A DNA stretch of 64,000 nucleotides from Syntrophomonas sp. (GCA_016841245.1 JAENZN010000023.1:1016-65015); one strand, 5' to 3'; numbered from the stretch's first letter, positions 46,001 through 56,047 are shown. Numbers and translations: made by a program. The notes: generated by a model from the sequence alone, not told the origin.

Positions 46001-48208
46001 TTAAAGATTGAAACGTATATAAAAAGTGGTTCCAGAAGGTGAGGAATCTACATTGATAACAGCATTATGTCTTTCAGCAATACTATAACAAACAGATAGA
46101 CCCAACCCGGTGCCATGTTCTTTGGTTGTGACGAAAGGAGTTCCCAGTTTATTAAGGATTTCCGTTGGCATTCCACATCCCTCATCTTTGACTTCTAGAA
46201 CTATACTGCTATCTTCGGTGTAGGTGCGAATAGTAATATTCTGCATAGGCTCCACAGCTTCCATGGCATTGCGGACTAAGTTCAGCAGCAGCTGTCGGAT
46301 TTCTTTGGGGTCCAGGAATTGATCCGGGATTTCCTCCAGTTGAAATTCTATATGTTTATCGTGAGCGAGAGCATCTGCTTGAATTAAAATACTGAGGTTA
46401 TCAATAATGCGGTTGATATTCCCTGGTTCTAATTGCAGTCTTATGTTGGGAGCGAGTGAAAGAAATTCTGTAATGATTGAATCAGCTCGGTCTAACTCTT
46501 CAATCATGATATCAAAATATTCACTGTCCTCCTGGTAAGCTGGTTTATCTTTCAACATCTGTAGAAAACCACGTACCGTGGTCATGGGATTTCTAGTTTC
46601 ATGGCTGATGCTGGCTGCCATTTGTCCAATTAAATTCAGTCGATCCAGACGGGCCATTTCTTCCTGGATTTGTATTCTCTGGCTGATATCAGTGATAGAA
46701 TTTAATAAACAGGCCTGGCCATCGATATTGATTATTTCCGATGACATTAAACCGATATGTTTCTCTCCATCTTTAGTGCAAAAGGGAACTTCGAAATTTT
46801 GTATTGTTCTTCCCTGGAGTATCCTGCCGGTGAGGTATTGAAGGTCTTCTATTCTGCACCAGAGGCCGATATCTTTTGTGCTGCGTCCTATTACTTCTTC
46901 CCGGGTATAACCGGTTAGACGGCAGAACATTTCATTCACATCTATACAGTTCCATCCATCCAGGGTTGTAATGGTCATCATACTTGGACTTGAGTGAAAA
47001 GCCCTGGAAAATTTTTCTTCTGATAGGCGCAAAGACTCTTCAGCTTTTTTACGGTCTGTGATATCAGTAGTCAAAACGGCTATCTGACCAACTTCCAGAT
47101 AAAAGATGCGGACCGCAATAATTTTATCAAGATAATCGATATATTCTTCAATATATTGTGGTTCTTTGGTTGATGCCACCTTATTTAAAGGGGCCATCAG
47201 TTTAAAATATATATCTGGTAAAACTTCACCTAATTTCCTGCCAATTAATTGTTCGCCGGTGGTATGGGTCAATGCTTCAAAGGCCGGGTTAACATCCAAA
47301 CATTGATAATCCATTTGATTTTTATTGTTTGAGTATGATATTTCATATAGGCTGAAACCCTCGTCTATAGAATTGAACAAAGATCGATACTTGCGATCGC
47401 TTATATGCAGGGCTTGTTCAGTTCTAGTATGTCTTCGCATCTCTGCCTTCAGCATCTCGTTTAAGATGGTGAGACTTTTGCTTTTTTCGTGCCCCAGCTT
47501 TTCAAATATGTACCGGTTCTTGCGCAGTAAGGATTTGTTCCCAACTGAATTCTGAACCGGTTTTGGGTACTCGGAATTCTCTATCAGTTTTAATTCTTTT
47601 GAACATTTGATTAAAGTGGACTGGTGATTGCACATCACGTCTATCATCTGGGCCGCATCACACTTATCCAGAGCATAAGAACACATGAATATTATCCTTT
47701 GATCCTGGATAATATGATTAAGTTCTTCTTCATAGTCTTGAAAACTTTTCCAGTACTTAGTTCCCAACCACATATTACTGGATGCGATCCGCAGGCCTTT
47801 ATATCCTTTGGCTATAGCCTTATTAAGCTGGGTAAACCAACCACTTTGCACTTCAACGATTCGTAGTTTGCCCTGCCTCTGATACCAATCCTTACTATCA
47901 ATAAATACTATTTGACCTTTATTATAATAGGAATCAAAATCTGGCATAGCTTTTTTTAGAGCTATCCTGGTCTGATGACCGGATAATACTTCGGAATTCA
48001 AACACAGACAATACTCATTGTTGCTTAAGCCTGCTTGTATAAACGGAATTAATACTCCCAGCAGATCCTGTTTGGTCTGGTAAAGCAAGCACATATGAGT
48101 ACCCCAGGGAATTTGATCGAATCTATCTATCTCAGTTTCTCCGGACTTATGGTTTATAGCCGGTTTTAATCCTGGAGGCTGGTTATCACCATGGATTAGA
48201 GAGAGCAA
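46001..48208 (-). CDS. Orphan sensor histidine kinase with N-terminal MEDS domain and two PAS domains
   Basis: The N-terminus (GTHMCLLYQTKQDLLGVLIPFIQAGLSNNEYCLCL) resembles the MEDS domain. The H-box is ASISHETRNPMTTVRGFLQML and the ATPase boxes are LVRNAMEAV, DEGCGMP and GTGLGL. It is paralogous to 28569-30878 in the catalytic core. Confidence 0.85.
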   Translation of the reverse strand: MLSLIHGDNQPPGLKPAINHKSGETEIDRFDQIPWGTHMCLLYQTKQDLLGVLIPFIQAGLSNNEYCLCLNSEVLSGHQTRIALKKAMPDFDSYYNKGQIVFIDSKDWYQRQGKLRIVEVQSGWFTQLNKAIAKGYKGLRIASSNMWLGTKYWKSFQDYEEELNHIIQDQRIIFMCSYALDKCDAAQMIDVMCNHQSTLIKCSKELKLIENSEYPKPVQNSVGNKSLLRKNRYIFEKLGHEKSKSLTILNEMLKAEMRRHTRTEQALHISDRKYRSLFNSIDEGFSLYEISYSNNKNQMDYQCLDVNPAFEALTHTTGEQLIGRKLGEVLPDIYFKLMAPLNKVASTKEPQYIEEYIDYLDKIIAVRIFYLEVGQIAVLTTDITDRKKAEESLRLSEEKFSRAFHSSPSMMTITTLDGWNCIDVNEMFCRLTGYTREEVIGRSTKDIGLWCRIEDLQYLTGRILQGRTIQNFEVPFCTKDGEKHIGLMSSEIINIDGQACLLNSITDISQRIQIQEEMARLDRLNLIGQMAASISHETRNPMTTVRGFLQMLKDKPAYQEDSEYFDIMIEELDRADSIITEFLSLAPNIRLQLEPGNINRIIDNLSILIQADALAHDKHIEFQLEEIPDQFLDPKEIRQLLLNLVRNAMEAVEPMQNITIRTYTEDSSIVLEVKDEGCGMPTEILNKLGTPFVTTKEHGTGLGLSVCYSIAERHNAVINVDSSPSGTTFYIRFNL

Positions 48209-48609
48209 AGTGTTTCCCCTTTCAACTTATTATAATTATTATAGTATTAATTGCTAAACCATGGCAAAAAAATCGGAAAAAATAACCATACAATATGACA
48301 TGTGTTTAATAAGAATCATAAGTTTAGGGGATAGTGTTCCAGGAGCGGTACAGGTACTAACTCAATAGTTAGTAAGTTAGTGCCTGACCCCAAGGTAAGT
48401 CCTGGATTTTCAGGCGAATTACCCCATATGACAGATGGGAGCATAACAACTTTTTGATTATTATGTTATTGCTACAGCAAAATATCCATCACCTTGGACA
48501 GCAAAAAATAATATAAATTCTATCAACTCTTCACCCATCAATTCAAGTTTTCGTATAGAAGGATAAGCAGGCAGACTTGCAGGGATAATAAAGACGAGGA
48601 GGTTATACG

Positions 48610-49764
48610 ATGAATTTATTAACCAATAAAGATTTGAAAACATTGATAAATTATCAAGATGATTTATGTGTTACCATTTATCTGCCTACCTTCAGGGCAG
48701 GAGCTGAAACCCGGCAGGGTCGAATTAGACTCAAGAATTTAATTCGAGAAGCTGAAGAACGACTGATAAGCAGCGGACTGCGCTCTTCCCAGGCCAGCCA
48801 CCTCTTGGAACCACTCAAAAAGCTAACTATTGATGATTTATTCTGGCAGCATCAACGAGATGGTCTGGCCATATTCCTATCATCAGATGTCTTTAATTAT
48901 TACCATCTGCCTATGAATTTTGATGAATTTTTACAGGTTGGCAGGCGCTTTCATCTCAAACCTCTGCTTCCCCTGCTCAGTGGGAACGGCCTGTATTATG
49001 TTCTGGCTCTCAGCCAAAACGCGGTCCGGTTCCTGCAGTGTACCCGAGCCAGTATAAGAGAATTGGAACTGGAGAATATACCTCATAATATGGCAGAGGC
49101 GATGCAGTTTGATGATCCTGAAAAACAACTTCAGTATCATACCAACACCCTGGAGGGGACTAATCGTCAAGCAGCTGCTATTTTTCATGGCCATGGAGTA
49201 GGTATTGACGATTCCAAAGATAACATTTTACGATATTTTCGCTTAATTGATAGAGGGCTCCGTGAGGTACTACGGGAGGAAAATTCACCATTATTTCTGG
49301 TAGGAGTGGGCTTCCTTCATTCAATTTACCGGGAAGCCAACACTTATGCTTATCTAGCAGGTGAAGGGATACCTGGAAATCCAGAAGAGCTGAGTGCTGA
49401 AGATCTCCAAACCATGGTCTGGCCGCTGGCCGAGCAGTACTTCCGGCAGGCGGAGCAGGAAGCCATAAACCGCTTCGGACCGCTGAAAGGCACCGGAAAG
49501 ACTACCTCTAATATTATCGAGGCTGCTCCCGCAGCCTATAATGGCAGAGTAGAGTCGCTGTTTATGGCTCAGGGGGCTGGTCAATGGGGCAGCTTCGATA
49601 CCCAGGCCAACACTGTGGCTGTTCATGAACAAAAAGAACCGGAAGATGAAGACCTGTTTGACCTGACTGCCATCCAGACCATCATTAATGGAGGAAAAGT
49701 CTATGTACGGGAACAGGATGAAATACCGGATGGTCAGGATTTAGCCGCTTTGTTCCGCTATTAG
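48610..49764 (+). CDS. Hypothetical protein, probable baeRF (bacterial archaeo-eukaryotic release-factor-like) family member
   Basis: The N-terminus (LCVTIYLPTFRAGAETRQGRIRLKNLIREAEERL) matches my recollection of the baeRF3/7-type proteins. GAGGAGG lies upstream. The family assignment is from memory only. Confidence 0.5.
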   Translation: MNLLTNKDLKTLINYQDDLCVTIYLPTFRAGAETRQGRIRLKNLIREAEERLISSGLRSSQASHLLEPLKKLTIDDLFWQHQRDGLAIFLSSDVFNYYHLPMNFDEFLQVGRRFHLKPLLPLLSGNGLYYVLALSQNAVRFLQCTRASIRELELENIPHNMAEAMQFDDPEKQLQYHTNTLEGTNRQAAAIFHGHGVGIDDSKDNILRYFRLIDRGLREVLREENSPLFLVGVGFLHSIYREANTYAYLAGEGIPGNPEELSAEDLQTMVWPLAEQYFRQAEQEAINRFGPLKGTGKTTSNIIEAAPAAYNGRVESLFMAQGAGQWGSFDTQANTVAVHEQKEPEDEDLFDLTAIQTIINGGKVYVREQDEIPDGQDLAALFRY

Positions 49765-50685
49765 GGGATGTATCTGGAAGTTACCCTTCAGATAATCGGC
49801 CCCACTTAGTTATGGACAGTATAGAGGAGCTTTGCTTTTGTTATGAGTTATGAATTGCATTTTTTATTTATTATATTTAGAATCATACGGCTGAAACACC
49901 GCTGACAACTCCAGCATAAATCGCTGGCTAGGAGCCGCTGCTTATTAAGTTAGCGGCCCTGCTGCTTATTAGGACCAGGACAAAATAATACTGTACTTTC
50001 GATCCTTTTCTTGGTCAGTTTTTATTTAAGGTTTCATAATCAACTACATTATCGCTGTCAATTAATTGTGTTTGCTTAAACAATATTCTGTTTTATTTAG
50101 TCCCAGACTATAGCCGTCACCTTTATATTTATACATATAATTACAATCCAGATATTCAATATTTAGATTCATTGTTTTGTTCTAAAACCATCATCCCTCA
50201 GGATTTTCCATAGAAATTTATCATTATTTTAGTATTCATTTGCCTATATGAATATCTGAGTCATTTGTCTTTATCAGAAAACTTATCTATTCTACCTCTA
50301 ATACTTATAAATTCAATATTACCGGCTTGATAAGATTGAAAGAGAGATTTATAATGCAAATAAATTGCAATACTGGATTGCATATGGTATAAATATATCA
50401 GGATTCGTGGGGCGGACACCCCCAACAACGATTCCGGCAAAAATAATATTTAAGCTGTAAGAGCTACTAAAGCCATTAAGCTAGTAGCTCTATTTCGTTA
50501 TGAGAGCTAGAATGAAAAACATTATTGCCATAAATAATATGACTTCATATGTATTCACTCATATCACCCCCTTCTGCTGAAACGCAGTCGGGGAACCCCA
50601 CGAACCTATGTTCTGTTATAACATTTTTCCCATTATTTTACATGACGCTGATGCTATTTGTTCACAAGAAGTGTCCAGCTGGTTT

Positions 50686-51075
50686 TCATTTGTTAATCTC
50701 TTGGTTATGGGCTAACCGCCGTTGAAAGTATATAAAGACCGGCAAAGGAATAATAATCCACCCTAAACTCTTAATAAGACTGTTTTTCGCTTGATTGATC
50801 TCCCGTTCTTTTTCTGCCGCTACCATGGCATCATATCTTTCTCTTAATTCCTGTTCTGAAAGATCTGATTCTGGTATAGTTACTTCATCAGCAGGATAAA
50901 GTTTGGTATACGATCCATTTCTATATTCCTCAAAAAACTGGTAATATGGTGTAGGAACAATAATATCTGCAGCAGCCATGAATATTCCTACACTTCCTCC
51001 AATGGTCATCATTAGCGTTGCGAACAGTACTAAGTAAATATAAATATTTTTTATGAAGTTTTCTCCTCCTTCCAC
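50686..51075 (-). CDS. Small membrane protein (2 TM helices, charged central loop)
   Basis: The ORF has hydrophobic N- and C-terminal helices. The start is uncertain, because a strong AAGGAGGAG lies inside the first codons of the GTG-initiated ORF. Confidence 0.5.
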   Translation of the reverse strand: MEGGENFIKNIYIYLVLFATLMMTIGGSVGIFMAAADIIVPTPYYQFFEEYRNGSYTKLYPADEVTIPESDLSEQELRERYDAMVAAEKEREINQAKNSLIKSLGWIIIPLPVFIYFQRRLAHNQEINK

Positions 51076-51405
51076 CCGGCTGGGAATGCTGGCGGCAACG
51101 GACCAAATCGCTGATTATCGACGAACAAATACTAACCCTTTATCTTAAAACGCACTAATCAGATAGCCTTCCTTATCATGGATTTAAACAAAATTTATTT
51201 ATGTTCAGATCTATAGAAAATATCCAAAATTATGCTACCTGAATGTCGTTATTATTTGTCGGTGCAAATATTCATTTCTTTTGTTTCTCGGTCCTATTAT
51301 TTATTCTATTAAGCAGGAATTTTAGGCCGCAAAGGCGAATTATTATATATTGCTACGCAAACTCAGATTATAGTCTTATTTTGTCTTTGTATTATAGGAA
51401 GGTGG

Positions 51406-52329
51406 TTGGTTTTTATAGCTAATATCAATCAACAGTCAATTCTACTTGACAGCGGAACAAATGAGGTTGAGATAGTCGAATTTGGTATCGGCAATACGAT
51501 TATGGGCATCAATGTTATAAAGGTCAAGGAAATAATAAATCCCATCCCCCCTGTACAGCTGCCCGGTGCTCACTCCTACATGGAAGGTATTTTTCAGCTC
51601 AGAGGAGATATTATTCCAATAATCGATCTGGGAGGTTTCCTTGGGTTTAATCCTTCTGAAGATCCAAGACAAGACAAATATATTGTAACTGAGTTCAATC
51701 AGGGCAAATACGCATTTCATGTTCATAGTGTATCGCGTATACACCGCATGTCCTGGGAGCAGATTGAGAAACCTTCTGATATTACTCAGTCAGAGAAGAG
51801 CTCTGTTATCGGTATAATTAAGATGGATAGCAGGATGATACAGCTGTTGGATTTTGAGAAAATTATCATTGATATATCTCCTTCGCTTGGGAACCAGAGT
51901 AGTGCAGTTAGAGCACTGGGCGAAAGAAAGGTGTCACAGAAACACATCGTTATTACCGAAGACTCCCCGATGCTCAGAAAACTCTTACTGGATTATCTCA
52001 CCCAGATTGGATATCCCAACTTAACATTTTATCAAAATGGTAAGGAAACCTGGGAATACCTGTCCCAACTCCTGGAAACACATGGAGACAATTTCCACAA
52101 ACATATTCATCTTCTTATTACGGATATCGAAATGCCGCAAATGGATGGGCACCATTTAACAAAGATTATCAAAAATCATCAAGTATTAAACAAGCTACCA
52201 GTAGTTATCTTTTCGTCTTTGATTACAGACGATCTTCTTCATAAAGGAGAAGCGGTTGGAGCAGATGAACAGGTCAGCAAGCCTGATTATGAGCAATTGT
52301 CCCATATCATTGACAGCCTCATATTGTAG
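51406..52329 (+). CDS. cheV: Chemotaxis protein CheV (CheW-like domain plus receiver domain)
   Basis: The CheW-like N-terminus reads ILLDSGTNEVEIVEFGIGN...GINVIKVKEI. The REC domain reads ITEDSPMLRKLL...LLITDIEMPQMDG...SSL..., and the phospho-acceptor Asp context is present. Confidence 0.88.
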   Translation: MVFIANINQQSILLDSGTNEVEIVEFGIGNTIMGINVIKVKEIINPIPPVQLPGAHSYMEGIFQLRGDIIPIIDLGGFLGFNPSEDPRQDKYIVTEFNQGKYAFHVHSVSRIHRMSWEQIEKPSDITQSEKSSVIGIIKMDSRMIQLLDFEKIIIDISPSLGNQSSAVRALGERKVSQKHIVITEDSPMLRKLLLDYLTQIGYPNLTFYQNGKETWEYLSQLLETHGDNFHKHIHLLITDIEMPQMDGHHLTKIIKNHQVLNKLPVVIFSSLITDDLLHKGEAVGADEQVSKPDYEQLSHIIDSLIL

Positions 52330-52495
52330 AATTAAAAAATGTGGGGCTGCTTTTACAACCCAGAAATGGAAAATCGCAGATAACAACTGCGGTTTTTCTT
52401 TATTTCCATTATTACAACAACAAGCTATTTGTGCTGTTGGCCTTATTAAAACTTCATCTTTTTAACATAAAGGAGATATCAAAAGTATATTAGAG

Positions 52496-52531
52496 GATAT
52501 CCTACCATTTATATGTAAATGGTAGGATATC
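52496..52531. repeat. Perfect 16-bp stem hairpin (GATATCCTACCATTTA-TATG-TAAATGGTAGGATATC)
   Basis: Read directly. It lies in the cheV/riboswitch intergenic region. Confidence 0.8.
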
Positions 52532-52534
52532 GTG

Positions 52535-52560
52535 CGGAATACCCTGGTATTCCGATTTAT
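52535..52560 (+). terminator. Hairpin CGGAATAC-CCTG-GTATTCCG followed by ATTTAT (probable cheV terminator)
   Basis: Read directly. The U-tract is weak. Confidence 0.45.
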
Positions 52561-52660
52561 AAGTCTTAACCGCCTTTTCGGTCTTTTGTATATACTATGA
52601 TAATTTTTTATAATTATAAATGTAAAGTTTATAGTATAGCTAGACATAAAAACCATACAT

Positions 52661-52786
52661 CTTACGCCGAGTTTTGCCGCCAGGCAGGAACGGGGGACCC
52701 ATGATTTTTGGGGTGAATCCAATTATACATTGGTAGGGCTGCCCTTTTGGCCCGAACCCGTCAGCTAACCTCGTAGGCGTTGAAGA
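52661..52786 (+). promoter_or_regulatory. c-di-AMP riboswitch (ydaO/yuaA motif)
   Basis: It contains the hallmark blocks ACGGGGGACCCA, UUGGGGUGAAUCC and CCCGAACCCGUCAGCUAACCUCGUAGGCGU, closed by ACGCC/GGCGU pairing. Confidence 0.85.
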
Positions 52787-52811
52787 GGGAAGAACGGTTT
52801 TCTTGCAAACC

Positions 52812-52840
52812 AACCGGTCTTTACCGGTTATTTTTATTTC
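52812..52840 (+). terminator. Riboswitch expression-platform terminator
   Basis: The stem AACCGGU-CUUU-ACCGGUU is followed by AUUUUUAUUU. Confidence 0.8.
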
Positions 52841-52988
52841 TGTTTTCTTCCTTTATTTAACTATATTTGTATTTTATGTCGCTTTAACATGCATAAAGGG
52901 GGGTGACAGTTCTTTCTGCTTTTAGCATCTGGTTTTTTATAAACATTTTTTAGTTTAATCATAAATAAGGAGAGGAGATTTTTAAACC

Positions 52989-53789
52989 ATGTTTAAGAAT
53001 AGAAAACTTTTAGCTCTGGGTGTTGCTTTGATAATAATGGTAAGTATGCTGGCAGCAGGCTGTCAACAAGCCGAAGAACAGACCGGGGATACTTCCCTGG
53101 AAAGAGTCAAAGATGCAGGAGAGATAACTTTCTCCATGAGCGGTGGTTATCCACCTTTCAACTTCTATAATGATGAAAATGAGCTGGTAGGTTTTGACAT
53201 TGATGTTTGTGAAGAAATCGCCAGCAGACTGGGAGTTGAATTCAAACCAGTACCAAATGAGTGGAGCGGCATTATTGAAGGGTTGAGATCTGGAGTTTAT
53301 GACGGTATTTTGGGCAGCATGGCTATAACTGAGGAAAGAGAAGAAGTGGTTGATTTTACCATTCCCTATTACTATTCAGGAGCTCAGATCATGGTGCAAG
53401 AGAACAGCGCTATTGAGAATATAGAAGAGCTGGAAGGAAAATCAGTTGGTCTGGTGACCGGTACTACATTCGAAAATGACGCCAGCTCGCTGAATGCAGA
53501 CATCAAGCTGTATAAAGATGATAACCAGACCTTAATGGAACTGAACAATGGCAATCTGGATGCGGTCATTACTGACCGGGTGGTTGGAGTTAATGCAATA
53601 AATAGTGGGGAGTTTAATATTAAACTTCTGGGCAGTCCGGTTCGTACTGAAGATATTGCCGTAGCCTTCCGAGATGAAGACGATGCTTTAAGGGAAGCAG
53701 TAAATGAGATTTTACAGGAAATGCATGATGATGGAACCCTGAGTAATCTAAGCAGCAAATGGCTTAATGTTGATATTACTAAAAAATAA
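52989..53789 (+). CDS. Polar amino-acid ABC transporter substrate-binding lipoprotein
   Basis: It has a lipobox (MLAAGCQ) and family-3 SBP motifs (GYPPFNFYNDENELVGFDIDV, DAVITDR). Confidence 0.88.
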   Translation: MFKNRKLLALGVALIIMVSMLAAGCQQAEEQTGDTSLERVKDAGEITFSMSGGYPPFNFYNDENELVGFDIDVCEEIASRLGVEFKPVPNEWSGIIEGLRSGVYDGILGSMAITEEREEVVDFTIPYYYSGAQIMVQENSAIENIEELEGKSVGLVTGTTFENDASSLNADIKLYKDDNQTLMELNNGNLDAVITDRVVGVNAINSGEFNIKLLGSPVRTEDIAVAFRDEDDALREAVNEILQEMHDDGTLSNLSSKWLNVDITKK

Positions 53790-53824
53790 GGAGCATCTCC
53801 TGGGCTGCACTGGAGTAACAAATA

Positions 53825-54496
53825 ATGGATTTTATTGATGTAGTAATAAAATATACGCCCTTTTTTCTTCCCGCAGCATGGATGACATTGAAGATTACAC
53901 TGCTGGGGATAGCTTTTGGTCTGCTAATAGGATTGGGAACCGCATTAATGCGTATATCCAATAATATTCTACTGGCCAATGTATCACGTTTATATATTTT
54001 TGTTATACGCGGGACACCGCTGCTGCTGCAGTTGTTTTTCTTCTTCTATGTTTTGCGTCAATCATTGGGATTAGAGGCTTTTAGCGCTGCTTATCTGGCT
54101 CTGGCAATTCATAACGGTGCTTATATAGCGGAAATCTTTCGCGGTGCCATTCAATCTATCGATCGAGGCCAGATGGAAGCTGCCCGTTCCATAGGCATGA
54201 CCTACTCCAGAGCTATGCGCCGGATCATTTTGCCTCAGGCATTCAAAAGATCCATTCCCCCGCTGGGGAATCAGTTCATTATTGCTTTGAAAGACTCTTC
54301 GCTGGCAAGTGCCATCACCATTAGTGAAGTTCTTTTGCAGGCTCAGAGGCTGGCCGCAGCTAATTATAAAATGCTGGAAATGCTGACAATTGCAGCAATG
54401 TTCTATCTTTTTTATACCAGTATATTCACCTGGCTGGTAAGCTGGATAGAAAGGAGACTCGATGTTGACTCCGATAAACAAAGGGGATTGGTATGA
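53825..54496 (+). CDS. Polar amino-acid ABC transporter permease (HisM/GlnP family)
   Basis: It has the EAA-loop region ([22 protein letters not shown]) and N-terminal [10 protein letters not shown]. Confidence 0.9.
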   Translation: MDFIDVVIKYTPFFLPAAWMTLKITLLGIAFGLLIGLGTALMRISNNILLANVSRLYIFVIRGTPLLLQLFFFFYVLRQSLGLEAFSAAYLALAIHNGAYIAEIFRGAIQSIDRGQMEAARSIGMTYSRAMRRIILPQAFKRSIPPLGNQFIIALKDSSLASAITISEVLLQAQRLAAANYKMLEMLTIAAMFYLFYTSIFTWLVSWIERRLDVDSDKQRGLV

Positions 54497-55227
54497 GCTA
54501 TATGATTAAAGTGAAGAATCTTGAGAAATCTTTTGGAAGGCTCAAGGTTTTAAAGAATGTGGACTTAAACGTAAGGGAATCAGAGGTAGTAGTAATTATT
54601 GGGGCCAGCGGTTCCGGAAAAAGCACCCTTTTACGCTGTATAAACTTCCTGGAACATCCTCAGGTCGGTACGGTGGAAATTAATGGGCAGCTAGTCGACA
54701 AGAATAATGAACAGGAAATTAATAAAATGCGTACCCAGGTGGGAATGGTTTTTCAGCATTTCAACCTCTTTCCTCATAAAACCGTACTGGAAAACGTTAT
54801 GGAAGGCCCAACCCAGGTTAAGGGCATTAATAAGTTCGAGGCCAAAAAGCTGGCGCAATATTACCTGGAAAAAGTTAATCTGATCGATAAGAAAAATGCT
54901 TATCCCTCGATGCTCTCCGGGGGCCAGAAACAAAGAGTTGCTATAGCCAGAGCTCTGGCTATGGAACCTTCCGTAATGCTTTTTGATGAACCTACATCCG
55001 CTCTAGACCCGGAGCTGGTAGGGGAAGTTTTATGCGTTATGAAAGAACTGGCTAAGGAAGGCATGACTATGGTTATCGTAACCCATGAAATGGGTTTCGC
55101 TCGAGAGGTTGCAGACCGAGTCATATTTATGGATGATGGGTTAATTGTGGAAGAGGGAATTCCTGAGCATATCTTTGACAATCCCCAAAATGCCAGAAGT
55201 CAGGAATTTCTCAGCGCTATCATCTAA
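54493..55227 (+). CDS. Polar amino-acid ABC transporter ATP-binding protein (GlnQ-like)
   Basis: Motifs are Walker A (GASGSGKST), signature (LSGGQKQR), Walker B ([11 protein letters not shown]) and H-loop (VTHEMGFA). Confidence 0.93.
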   Translation: MSYMIKVKNLEKSFGRLKVLKNVDLNVRESEVVVIIGASGSGKSTLLRCINFLEHPQVGTVEINGQLVDKNNEQEINKMRTQVGMVFQHFNLFPHKTVLENVMEGPTQVKGINKFEAKKLAQYYLEKVNLIDKKNAYPSMLSGGQKQRVAIARALAMEPSVMLFDEPTSALDPELVGEVLCVMKELAKEGMTMVIVTHEMGFAREVADRVIFMDDGLIVEEGIPEHIFDNPQNARSQEFLSAII

Positions 55228-55238
55228 AAAACTAAAAA

Positions 55239-55270
55239 AGAGAACCTCGATTTAACGGGGTTCTCTCTTT
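55239..55270. terminator. Bidirectional terminator between the ABC operon and the convergent Cys-rich gene
   Basis: The stem AGAGAACC...GGTTCTCT is flanked by an A6 run and a T-run. Confidence 0.8.
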
Positions 55271-55293
55271 TATAGTACTACATGCTTGTATAT

Positions 55294-55641
55294 TCAGGAA
55301 TTAACCATGGTTTGGCATTCCTGGGCACACTGCCTGCAGATCTGAGCACACTGAGGACAGTGACTATCCTTGTGCATATCGCACTCCTGAGCACATGCAT
55401 CACAAATATCAGCACATAATTTGCATAGATTCTTTGCAAAGCTGCTATTTCGAGACATAAACTGCACAGCCTGGGCACAAATTTCAGCACAGTCGTTTAA
55501 GATTTTAATGCAATTTACCCGTGCTTGAACGTCAGGCTCAGCCAGGCAGGCAGTAAAGCACTCTTCACAGGCCCGTAAACATTTCAAACATTCTTCAATA
55601 CACTTATCCATGTTCTTCGGGGAAACCACTAAAACACCCAT
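55294..55641 (-). CDS. Cys-rich four-helix-bundle copper-binding protein (DUF326 family)
   Basis: It has repeated CxxxC/CxxC heptads (CIEECLKCLRACEECFTACL, CAEICAQ, CKLCADICDACAQEC, CPQCAQICRQCAQEC). Confidence 0.8.
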   Translation of the reverse strand: MGVLVVSPKNMDKCIEECLKCLRACEECFTACLAEPDVQARVNCIKILNDCAEICAQAVQFMSRNSSFAKNLCKLCADICDACAQECDMHKDSHCPQCAQICRQCAQECQTMVNS

Positions 55642-56047
55642 AATATGAAAACCTCCTTTTGGTATTAATATTCATTATTTATACCAAAACTATTCTAATG
55701 TTTTCGGTCTCCCCCTCTGTATTTGTATACTAGCATATTACATGAGTATTTTGCTATATTTATTAGAGCAGAACATGCTGTTATAAGTGACTTGCAATGA
55801 TGTTAATAAATCAATGACTTATGATAATTATCCAGAAAATCCTGATGCAAGAAACTCAAGCTGATACACCGCTGCTTTTAATCATATTTTTATGCCCTTA
55901 ATCTCTAGATTAAAAGTCAAAAGATTTTTTCGGCCGTCTATGATGATGGGCTTTTTCTGCTCTTCAGGTAAAATTCCGGTTTCATACCAAATCTTGATTC
56001 CATCAACTACTGTATTGCTATAATTATTCTTATCCTTATCATTGGGT

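Noticed and set aside
51310-51333. A SigD/FliA-type promoter (TAAG ... GCCGCAAA) upstream of cheV.
   Set aside because: The spacer is about 12 nt instead of about 15. The -10 element matches only 5 of 8 positions.
52462-52722. Minus-strand ORF of 86 aa.
   Set aside because: It overlaps the c-di-AMP riboswitch and strong hairpins. It has no RBS and an implausible composition.
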